Below, piece after piece: positions 1 through 8,142 of a stretch of 64,000 bases of DNA. The translations under genes were made by a program, and so were the position numbers. This DNA comes from Leptonemataceae bacterium. Lineage in GTDB: Bacteria > Spirochaetota > Leptospiria > Leptospirales > Leptonemataceae. The notes below the pieces were generated by a model. It worked only from the letters and a program-made list of their open reading frames with translations, did not search any database and was not told the DNA's origin. The stretch spans positions 4,064,001 to 4,128,000 of the forward strand of contig OZ245742.1 in assembly GCA_965227295.1 (NCBI GenBank). Reading direction: 5' to 3'. The stretch's first letter is position 1. Each line of letters starts with the position of its first letter.

Positions 1-429
1 TGGTGTCGCCGGTTCGGGGGACATGATGCGGGGTTGTGAGAAGCCCGTGGAGATTGCCGTCTCGCCGGCCAGGGTTTTGCGTACGGCGTTCAGGATGATG
101 TGTTCCTGTTCTTCTTTGATTACGTAGCCGCACGCCCCGCGGTTGAGGGCCTTGCGGATGAATTCCTGGTTCTTGTGGACCGTGAGGACGAGCACCTGGA
201 TGTCCGGAAAGCCGGCCTTCAGTCGCTCCAGCGCCGCGATGCCGTCCATGCCGGGCATGCTGAGATCCAGGATGACCAGGTCACAGGAGCGGCCGGCCAG
301 CAAGTCCAGCAGTTCCTTGCCGCTCCCGGCCTCACCGACCACTTCCAGGTCGGCCTCGGCTTCCAGCAACAGGCGGAGGCCGCTCCGTATCAGGAAATGG
401 TCGTCTGCGATAATGATTCTACGCCTCAT
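1..429 (-). CDS. NarL/FixJ-family response regulator (runs off the window edge)
   Basis: Manual minus-strand translation from ATG at 429 gives MRRRIIIADDHFLIRSGLRLLLEAE...DLVILDLSMPGMDG...VLTVH...GYVIKE, a receiver domain. Not in the ORF track because it is open at position 1. Confidence 0.9.
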   Translation of the reverse strand, partial: MRRRIIIADDHFLIRSGLRLLLEAEADLEVVGEAGSGKELLDLLAGRSCDLVILDLSMPGMDGIAALERLKAGFPDIQVLVLTVHKNQEFIRKALNRGACGYVIKEEQEHIILNAVRKTLAGETAISTGFSQPRIMSPEPATP

Positions 430-547
430 GGGTTGAGCCGGCCAAAATTATATTTTAGCTCCGCTGATAATTTGTAAATATATTAATGGTCGGCCGGCAC
501 TCTTTTCCGCTACCGCCAGGTGCGATTCGGCCGATATTATATACGAC

Positions 548-1579
548 ATGTTGCGACGTTTCGCGTTTTCGACGCTCTCCGTGTGCCTGGTGTTCGCCGC
601 CGCGGGCGAGCTTTTTGCCCAGGTCGATCGGGACCCCCGGGGCGATCGGACGGTGGATTTCTGGAGCCGCTACGGTGCGGTGGAACTGGAATTCGAACGC
701 ATCACGTTTTCCGCGAACGAGGACATCCCCGTACGTTTTCGGGTGAGCAATCGCGGTTATCGCGTCATTCGAATCTATCCTTCGGCCCGGCCGCTGTCCA
801 CGTTTCGTTTTCTCGTCACCAATCGCCAGGGCCAGGAGATTCCGGTTCATTTCAACTCGCGCCAGTTCAACAATCGCGAGCTCGGGGACCGAACGGTGGT
901 CAATCTCCAGGGTGAGATGGTCAAAGAAATCGTCCTGCACCCCGGCGAGAGCCTGGAAAAGACGTTGTACCTGAATGACTTCTATCGCCTTGAAGCCGGG
1001 CGGGAGTACCGCATTTCGGCTTATTTTTATCCGGATCAGCGGGATCAATACTTCGTGCGTTCGGCGGGCATTTCACGCATTCGCATCGACGAGCGGCGGA
1101 GCGACGGACGCCGGGACGGTCCGGAAAACGTCGACCTTCCCGACGGCGGTCGCACGCCGGAGTTGTCCCCCGAGGAAACGGTCTACCTGTTTCTGTCCGC
1201 GGAAATGCGCCGGAACTGGAAAAACTATTTGAAATATCTGGATCTGCCGCAGTACATTACGGCGTACGATCGTTTCGCATCCCGGTACGTCCAGGCGCGG
1301 GGCCACGAACGCCCGGATGTCCTCCGTTCGTTCGCGGACTATCTCACCGGCGATCCGGCCAACCGCCTGGTGCGCTTTCGCATCGAAGCGGTGGAGCCGG
1401 AACGCGACGGCGACGGACGGGTGCTGCCGAACGGGCGCTCGTTCGTGAAGGTGAAGGCCACCAGGGAGAGCGACGGTTTCACGGCCCGCTACGAATACAC
1501 ATACACCCTGGAACCGGGCCGCGGTCGCTCCGAGGGCTTCTGGAAGATCATCTACGTCAAGGCGCAATTGATTCGCTGA
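548..1579 (+). CDS. Exported hypothetical protein upstream of fliM
   Basis: 343-aa ORF with an N-terminal signal peptide (MLRRFAFSTLSVCLVFAAAGELFA) and host-like codon usage. Confidence 0.8.
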   Translation: MLRRFAFSTLSVCLVFAAAGELFAQVDRDPRGDRTVDFWSRYGAVELEFERITFSANEDIPVRFRVSNRGYRVIRIYPSARPLSTFRFLVTNRQGQEIPVHFNSRQFNNRELGDRTVVNLQGEMVKEIVLHPGESLEKTLYLNDFYRLEAGREYRISAYFYPDQRDQYFVRSAGISRIRIDERRSDGRRDGPENVDLPDGGRTPELSPEETVYLFLSAEMRRNWKNYLKYLDLPQYITAYDRFASRYVQARGHERPDVLRSFADYLTGDPANRLVRFRIEAVEPERDGDGRVLPNGRSFVKVKATRESDGFTARYEYTYTLEPGRGRSEGFWKIIYVKAQLIR

Positions 1580-1631
1580 TGGGAAGTGTTGGTCCACAAA
1601 CTGTTAGCGAGACAAATTTTAGAGTTACACC

Positions 1632-2657
1632 ATGACTGAAATCTTATCCCAGGATGAAATCGACGCGCTGCTCTCGGCGATCTCCTCCGGCGAGGTCGAT
1701 CCCGACGATTACTCCGCCGTGGGCGAACAAAAAAAGGTCAAGATCTACGACTTTCGCCGCCCGGACAAATTCTCGAAGGACCAGATCCGCACGCTCCAGA
1801 TGATGCACGAGACCTTCGCGCGTCTCACCACCACGGCGCTCTCGGCGCAGCTTCGCGCCCTCGTCGGCGTGCACGTGGGTTCGGTCGACCAGTTGACGTA
1901 CGAAGAATTCATTCGTTCGATTCCGAACCCCACGACCCTGGCCGTGATCAACATGGACCCGCTCCGCGGTTCGGCCGTCCTGGAGATCGACCCCAGCATT
2001 ACGTTTACGATCATCGACCGCCTCTTCGGCGGCCCCGGCGAACCCACGAAGATCACCCGGGAACTTTCGGACATTGAGATGTCCGTTATGGAAGGCATCA
2101 TCGTACGCATCCTCGGCAACTTACGGGAAGCCTGGTCGACGGTGATCGACCTGCGCCCGCGCCTGGGAAACATTGAAACGAACCCGCAGTTCGCGCAGAT
2201 CGTTCCGCCGAACGACATGGTGGTTTTGATCACGCTGGAAACGAAGGTCGGCGACGTGGAGGGCATGACGAACCTGTGTATCCCGTACATCACGATCGAG
2301 CCGATCATCTCCAAGCTGTCGGCGCAGTACTGGTACTCGTCCATTCGTCGCGGTGAGGCGGACGAGAACAAGGCCATCATCCAGGAACGCCTGGACCAGG
2401 TTACGATTCCGCTCCGCTGCGAAGTGGGCGAGGTGGAGTTGCCGTTGTCGGAAATCCTGGGTCTCGGTCCGGGGGACGTCGTTAAGTTGGGCGCAACGCA
2501 CATTAAGAGCGACATGACCGTGAAGGTGGGCGACCGCCAGAAGTTCAAGTGCCGGCCGGGTAAGATCGGCGGGCGGTTGTGCATTCAGATCGGTGAGACG
2601 ATTGACGACATCCCGGATGAACTGCTGGGATCTACGAAGTCCGAAGAAGAGATTTGA
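1632..2657 (+). CDS. fliM: Flagellar motor switch protein FliM
   Basis: LSQDEIDALL CheY-binding peptide, YDFRRPDKFSK, FGGPG, ETNPQF, C-terminal SpoA domain. Confidence 0.97.
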   Translation: MTEILSQDEIDALLSAISSGEVDPDDYSAVGEQKKVKIYDFRRPDKFSKDQIRTLQMMHETFARLTTTALSAQLRALVGVHVGSVDQLTYEEFIRSIPNPTTLAVINMDPLRGSAVLEIDPSITFTIIDRLFGGPGEPTKITRELSDIEMSVMEGIIVRILGNLREAWSTVIDLRPRLGNIETNPQFAQIVPPNDMVVLITLETKVGDVEGMTNLCIPYITIEPIISKLSAQYWYSSIRRGEADENKAIIQERLDQVTIPLRCEVGEVELPLSEILGLGPGDVVKLGATHIKSDMTVKVGDRQKFKCRPGKIGGRLCIQIGETIDDIPDELLGSTKSEEEI

Positions 2658-2783
2658 ACCACCGAGGCTCCGAGGACGCCGGGTTCCTTTTGTGAGGGGT
2701 GTTTACTCTGGTCTGTAGGTGGGCGTGTCGGCGTGGTGTATTCGCTGGACACGCGTCGTTACATTCAAAGCAATGAATACGAT

Positions 2784-2857
2784 CGGGCTTCGCTTCGCTG
2801 CGGTCTCGCGAAGACGCGAGACTGGCGCTTCGCGCCACCCTCCGGATCGCTAACGCG
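2784..2857. repeat. Multi-hairpin intergenic (REP-like) element, copy 1
   Basis: Hairpins gtctcgcg-aaga-cgcgagac and tggcg-cttcg-cgcca. Its reverse complement shares CGCGTTAGCG..TCCGGAGGG..CGAAGCCCG with 16456-16487. Confidence 0.55.
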
Positions 2858-3017
2858 GGAGTCTTGCCAACCATCCGGACATAGGTCACCCACCCCCTGT
2901 GGGTGGATCTTCTTCGGAGGAGGGTCGTAGAAGAAGTGATCCAGGCGAGCGGCGGCACGGCCGGAAGGCGGGGTATTATATCATAGAAACCTCCCCCCGT
3001 CCACCGAAAATGTCACA

Positions 3018-3198
3018 CCCCTGTGCTATGCTAAACTGGGGAGGTTTGCTTCCAGCCTGGCGGACGTTTAGTTTTGCTTTTGATTTTCCCATGTGCAGCC
3101 CGGAGGCATCCGATGGAGGACCGAGAACGCCGGTTTCGTCATCGAGCCAGATGGGAGTCCAGGGTAGCCTTCTCTCGTAGACCGCATAGCACCACAAG
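3018..3198. ncRNA. Candidate structured RNA, long irregular rod (6S-like shape)
   Basis: Nested pairings gtgctatgc/gcatagcac, ggggagg/ccttctc, cctgg/ccagg, tcccat/atggga, cgatg/catcg, accg/cggt, with a large asymmetric bubble. Confidence 0.4.
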
Positions 3199-3356
3199 TT
3201 ACTACTTCCTCCGGGCTTCGCATCCCGAAAGTTTGTCTTGTTACAAGATTGACTAATCCCTTAGTATTACTCCAGAAAACTTTACCGTGTTTACTTTTTA
3301 CGGTTTTTTTCTTGTGATCCGAACGCGCGCGAGTCAGAATTCATCAGAGGTGCGCC

Positions 3357-4379
3357 ATGACTGAAATCATCTCCCGTGAAGAACTCGAGAATCTGCTCGC
3401 CGCCATGCAGGCCGGCGATCCGGCGCGCCACGACACCGGGGAAGGGCCGCGCTCCGAACGCCCGCGGCGGGTGAAACCCTACGACTTTCTGCATCCGGAT
3501 CGTTTTGCCCGGGAGCAACTCAAGACCCTGGAAATGATCCACGAGAACTTTGCCCGCACGGCAAGCGCCGCGCTGTCCGCGCGTCTGCGCAGCATCGTGT
3601 CCATGCGCGTGGTGGACGTCACCCAGGTGAGCTTCGAAGAGTTCGTCCGCCTGGTGCCGAACCCGACGACCCTCGGCATCATCAACATGGAACCGCTGCG
3701 CGGTTCGGCGGTGCTGGAACTCGCACCGGAAATGAGCTTCGCCATTATCGATCGACTCTTCGGCGGCCGCGGCGAACCCGTGAAGCTGCACCGGGAAATC
3801 TCCGACATCGAAATGAACGCCCTCGAAACCGTGATCGTGCGGATGTTAGGCGACCTGCGCGAGTCCTGGGTGCAACTCGTCGATCTGCGGCCGCGCATCG
3901 CGCGCATCGAAACGAATCCGTACTTTACGCAGATCGTTCCGCCCCGGGACATGGCCGTGCTCATTGTCTTCGATACAAAGATCGGCGACATCGAGACGTT
4001 CGTTAACCTGTGCATTCCGTACATTACCATCGAGCCGATCATGAACAAACTCGCGCCGCACGAGTTCTATCGTCAGGGGGAGAGCAGCGGCGGCCACGAG
4101 ACGGCACTGAAAGAACGCCTGGACGAGATGCCCGTGTCGGTGCGTTGTGAAGTGGGCGAGGTGGAATTGCCGCTGAACACCGTGGCCGGCCTGGAAGTCG
4201 GCGACGTGGTGAAGATCGCGTCGACGCACGTGCACGATGACATGACGTTTATGATCGGCGAGCGCGCGAAGTTCAAGTGCCGGCCGGGTAAAATCCGCGG
4301 ACGTTTGTGCGTGCAGATCGGCGAGATGATCGAAGGCGTGCCCGACGAATTCTTGAAGTTCGCCGGGGATGAAGATTGA
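3357..4379 (+). CDS. fliM: Second, divergent FliM paralog
   Basis: Colinear with the upstream FliM (YDFLHPDRF, PNPTTLGIINMEPLRGSAVLE, FGGRG, NLCIPYITIEPI, FKCRPGK). Confidence 0.92.
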   Translation: MTEIISREELENLLAAMQAGDPARHDTGEGPRSERPRRVKPYDFLHPDRFAREQLKTLEMIHENFARTASAALSARLRSIVSMRVVDVTQVSFEEFVRLVPNPTTLGIINMEPLRGSAVLELAPEMSFAIIDRLFGGRGEPVKLHREISDIEMNALETVIVRMLGDLRESWVQLVDLRPRIARIETNPYFTQIVPPRDMAVLIVFDTKIGDIETFVNLCIPYITIEPIMNKLAPHEFYRQGESSGGHETALKERLDEMPVSVRCEVGEVELPLNTVAGLEVGDVVKIASTHVHDDMTFMIGERAKFKCRPGKIRGRLCVQIGEMIEGVPDEFLKFAGDED

Positions 4380-5496
4380 TGCGTCCGCGGTGATACCGTA
4401 CGATGATGGGATGATTTTTGAAAGCATCATCTATCAGAAACTGTTACAGTATGATCTGGTTCGCGCGCGAGTTCTCAAAGATTTTCGCAATCAACAGTAC
4501 GACGTAGAGATCGGCGAGGTCCTTTGCGCAAAACATTGCCTGACCCCGTCCGATCGAAGTCGTAAAATCCGGCTGGTGGGTACACCGGGTTCCTGGGGTT
4601 CGCGAACCCTGTGCAAGGGCGAAGATGTATTTCTGTTTTTGACTACGATTCATGGCTGTTTTTACCAGGATTCCTGGAGAGGTCATCTCATTGTCCGCAA
4701 TGATCGGGTCCTGTCGCAGATCGAAAGCATCGCAGAAGACCTGCATGCGCATACAACCGAGGGCGGCGACGGCCTCTATAGCGTGCCGCTGGCTCTCTTT
4801 GAGGAGCATCTGCGGAAGTGCATCCGTGAGATTGATCACATACCGCGAAGCAACTATCGAATCCCGCTGGGACACGAAAAAAAGTTGGCCGAAGGTCGGG
4901 TCGTGGTCTCCGGTTTCGGAGCTGCAGTCGTAGACATCGTTTCGGCCCTGGAGGCATACGGATGCCGGCGACTGGAAGCGATCGACGCCGGGGAAAGATG
5001 CGATCTAAGCGACGTCGCCTGCGTCGTTTGTCTGCTGGATCCGGACGATGAACGATTCCCGGCCCTGATTGGCAGAGCGCAGCAACACGGCGCACATGTC
5101 ATATTGCTGCTGAATCCAGGCTACGGTTGGGTGTTGCATCATATTCCGAAAGATTCCTGCCCGGCGCGTCTGCCCTGGTGCCGATTTCCGAAACTCAGTC
5201 CAGGGGCCGCGGTATTGCAGGAGATTGTCCGATTCGTAGGCGCGCGGAAAGGCATCCCGGTCTGGCTCCGTCGGGCCGCACGCGACCTGTCACGCGGCCG
5301 CTTACAGTGGAACGCGACGTCCGGCGAGCCTCCCGGCGATTTCATATGTGAGGAAGTACGGAGTGTCCTGTGTACATCGGCCTGGCCCGTGTTTCCAGTT
5401 CCGATCTTTCCTGGCGGCGAACCGTGGGTGAACGAGCATATCCCGCTCCGATTTCTGGGCCGGTTTCGAACCTGGCTCTCCACCGGCGTCTGGTAA
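4369..5496 (+). CDS. Hypothetical protein, probably two domains
   Basis: 375-aa ORF overlapping the fliM2 stop; the 5' half is visibly AT-richer than its flanks. Confidence 0.6.
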   Translation: MKIDASAVIPYDDGMIFESIIYQKLLQYDLVRARVLKDFRNQQYDVEIGEVLCAKHCLTPSDRSRKIRLVGTPGSWGSRTLCKGEDVFLFLTTIHGCFYQDSWRGHLIVRNDRVLSQIESIAEDLHAHTTEGGDGLYSVPLALFEEHLRKCIREIDHIPRSNYRIPLGHEKKLAEGRVVVSGFGAAVVDIVSALEAYGCRRLEAIDAGERCDLSDVACVVCLLDPDDERFPALIGRAQQHGAHVILLLNPGYGWVLHHIPKDSCPARLPWCRFPKLSPGAAVLQEIVRFVGARKGIPVWLRRAARDLSRGRLQWNATSGEPPGDFICEEVRSVLCTSAWPVFPVPIFPGGEPWVNEHIPLRFLGRFRTWLSTGVW

Positions 5497-5720
5497 ACCG
5501 GGGACCGGGGACTCGCCTTATGCCGCCCCGCGATTTGGCTTGCGATAAACACCAGATCCAGCGTGGCCAGGGCGGACGTCGCGAGACAACTGGCCAGAGC
5601 CGCCACGCTGGCCACGATCAGGGCGCGGCCTTCCATGCGGGGCAGCGTTTCGGAGCGGGCCTCGTTGGTTAAGACCCGAACGATCCGGTGGTACGTCTGC
5701 ACGGGACGACGTCCACGCCG

Positions 5721-6131
5721 TTACGGATTTTCCGGCATCTTCTGCGCCTTGTCCACGTGCAGTCCGGAACGGACCGCGCACACGGCCGTGGGTTCGGCGA
5801 TCATGAGGGCGTCCGGGTGATCCTGAGCGATTTTGCCCGAGCCGGAACGGAAGATGGTGCGCATGAGTTTAGCGAACGTGAACTTTTCTTCCCAGCCATC
5901 AATGACGCAACTACAGAACTTATCCCGGGTGGCCGCGTCTTTCTTTTTGATCTTCGGATCTTTCGCAATGTTGGCCCACAGCGCGTCCACGCAGAGTTCC
6001 AGGGCGACGTCGCGTTCTTCTTCGTTGAAATTGCCTTCGTCGGCGGAGAGTGGAGGCACTACGGCGGCCGCGGTGCCAACGACAAAGATACAGGCGAGAG
6101 TGAGGACGATGTGGAGTGGGCGATACTGCAT
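5721..6131 (-). CDS. Small exported Cys-containing hypothetical protein
   Basis: ATG 6131 MQYRPLHIVLTLACIFVVGTAAA signal peptide; C..CSC..C pattern. Confidence 0.65.
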   Translation of the reverse strand: MQYRPLHIVLTLACIFVVGTAAAVVPPLSADEGNFNEEERDVALELCVDALWANIAKDPKIKKKDAATRDKFCSCVIDGWEEKFTFAKLMRTIFRSGSGKIAQDHPDALMIAEPTAVCAVRSGLHVDKAQKMPENP

Positions 6132-6303
6132 GACGGCAGATTGCGACGGTGATGGGGTGGAGCAATAACTTTTACAAGGCCAATGCCCGGCAAGACCCTG
6201 CACCCGTGAGCCGCCTGAACGATGCAGGTCGATTTTCCCGGTCGCCGTTTCGGCGCGAAGTTGTTTGTGTTTCGTAGCCGCCCGTTTGCGGCACGAGCCT
6301 TAC

Positions 6304-7110
6304 ATGATCTTCGCCTTCGATCCATACAATCTTTTCTTCACGGCCGTCGTCACCGCCGGCCTCCAGGCCGTGCTCTTTCTCATGGCGGCGACGCTCAAGA
6401 CCGACAAATTCACCGACATTACTTACAGCTTAAACTTCGTCATCCTGGCCCTGGTGTTGTGCGCTGTCACCCTGGACGGTGAACCCCATCTCCGGCGCAT
6501 TCTGCTCACCGTGGCCGTCAGCGTGTGGGGCCTGCGCCTGGGTGCGTATTTATTGATTCGCATCTTCAAAATGGGCAAGGACGATCGTTTCGACGATAAG
6601 CGCGATTCGTTCTGGTCGTTCGCGAAGTTCTGGATCTTCCAGGCCCTCGTGGTATGGCTGATTCTATTGCCCGTTACGATCGCCATGAGCATCGTCCCGC
6701 AACCGGAGCCGGGCCTCCCGGACTACGTCGGCTTCGCGCTGTGGTTGATCGGCTTCGTCGTCGAAGCAGTGGCGGACCAGCAGAAGTTCGCGTTCAAGAA
6801 CGATGCGGCTAATTCCGGGAAGTGGATTCAGTCCGGCCTCTGGAAGTACTCGCGCCATCCGAATTACTTCGGCGAGACGTTGCTCTGGTGGGGCGTCTTC
6901 GTTCTGGCGTTGCCGGCATTGTTCGCCGCGCCGGTGTACATGCTCCTCGTTGCGTTGCTGGGTCCCGTGTGCATCACGCTGATTCTTTTGTTCGTGAGCG
7001 GCATTCCGTTGCTCGAAGAGAAGCACGAGAAACGCTACGGCGATCTCCCGGAGTACCAGGCCTACAAGGCGCGCACGAATTTGTTTGTGCCCTGGTTTCC
7101 GCGGGCGTGA
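6304..7110 (+). CDS. DUF1295 / steroid 5-alpha-reductase-like membrane protein
   Basis: WGLRLG, DDRFD, EAVADQQK, GLWKYSRHPNYFGE, SGIPLLE motifs. Confidence 0.92.
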   Translation: MIFAFDPYNLFFTAVVTAGLQAVLFLMAATLKTDKFTDITYSLNFVILALVLCAVTLDGEPHLRRILLTVAVSVWGLRLGAYLLIRIFKMGKDDRFDDKRDSFWSFAKFWIFQALVVWLILLPVTIAMSIVPQPEPGLPDYVGFALWLIGFVVEAVADQQKFAFKNDAANSGKWIQSGLWKYSRHPNYFGETLLWWGVFVLALPALFAAPVYMLLVALLGPVCITLILLFVSGIPLLEEKHEKRYGDLPEYQAYKARTNLFVPWFPRA

Positions 7111-8128
7111 GCAGTTCTTCGTGTCGCCGCCGTTGCCTGTGCATACGATAGAGTTCGCGAAGTTCTCGTTCGTTTTCCCGGCGCAGTTCTTCTAAGATCT
7201 GCTGACCACGCTCTTCGCGCAGCTCTCGTTCTTCCTGTTCGGTTTCGCTCTCACGTACGTTGCGCAGTTCCGCCGCATCTTCGCGGCGTGTATCCAGGCG
7301 AAAGCGCAGGGGCTCGAACACGAATGCACGCAGATCGCTCCGGCTTTCTTCCGCGCGATACTCCAGGACGTACTCGCGACCGGGGGCGAGCGATGGAAAG
7401 ATCAGCAGGGCCTTCGTTTCGCGGCCGGGTGCAAGAACGCTCCGCCGTTCGTGCCGGCGTTCCCCGCGACGCAGTCGGTTCTTCCGGTGCGCTTCCTCTT
7501 CGGCCGGGGAAAGCGTGTGCCGGAGAAACAAGGATGCATACCAGTCCGGTACCGGATGCGAGAAGCGCAGGGAATCTTTTTGCGCGAAGGCGTACTCGTA
7601 GACGTAAGGATAGTTCCCGAAACCGCCGTAGTTTTCCGAGTACTCCCGCGCATCGATGGGCCGGAAGATGCGATCGTCGCCGGTATCGCGGATCTGAAAC
7701 CAGTATGTATTCAGTCGGACCGGCGTGTCGCCGTAGTTCAGGACCGCGAGATACAGGGCCGTGACTTCCGGCGGGCTGCCGTCGGCGAAGTCGGGGTCCA
7801 GGCGCCTGGCCTCGCGGCGAAGCTGCTCCCGGGAGAGGAACAGGCCGCGGGTTTCGAACGGCCGGCTGGTGCTGCGGGTAGTCTTAAAGTATAGTGAACG
7901 AAAATTAGTGATACTGTGAATACTGTAAGTCGAGCCGTTCGGTTCCGCCCTGTAGGTGTAGTGAAGGGCGGGAGCTGAATAGCACTGTATAAATACGAGC
8001 AAAAAAGCAATTCCGGGGCTAGTCAATCTTGAGTAAGAATGAAACACAGTTAATCTCTTTTTATTAAGAAATAGTTTGCAAATATTAGTTTTCGCTGAAG
8101 GTGGATCATCCTTGGACACAGGCTTCAC
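6974..8128 (-). CDS. Hypothetical protein, possible lipoprotein with a C-terminal coiled coil (start uncertain)
   Basis: Long ORF with hydrophobic GIAFLLVFIQC segment and an E/R-rich tail; 3' end overlaps the DUF1295 gene. Confidence 0.6.
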   Translation of the reverse strand: MKPVSKDDPPSAKTNICKLFLNKKRLTVFHSYSRLTSPGIAFLLVFIQCYSAPALHYTYRAEPNGSTYSIHSITNFRSLYFKTTRSTSRPFETRGLFLSREQLRREARRLDPDFADGSPPEVTALYLAVLNYGDTPVRLNTYWFQIRDTGDDRIFRPIDAREYSENYGGFGNYPYVYEYAFAQKDSLRFSHPVPDWYASLFLRHTLSPAEEEAHRKNRLRRGERRHERRSVLAPGRETKALLIFPSLAPGREYVLEYRAEESRSDLRAFVFEPLRFRLDTRREDAAELRNVRESETEQEERELREERGQQILEELRRENERELRELYRMHRQRRRHEELLTPAETRAQTNSCAPCRPGTPGDRRSVSRASLRATECRSRTKESA

Positions 8129-8142
8129 GGGAGTGGTTTATC

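Noticed and set aside
2874..2890. tccggacataggtcac resembling an IS481 end box
   Set aside because: Single short match with no partner end or transposase trace
3205..3245. c-di-GMP-I riboswitch-like words on the minus strand (GACAAAC...GGGATGCGAAGCC)
   Set aside because: Lacks the P2 stem with GNRA loop and points away from fliM2
5139..5702. Minus-strand 187-aa ORF with a hydrophobic segment
   Set aside because: Overlaps 4369-5496 by ~360 nt and has no recognisable motif; at most a gene fragment
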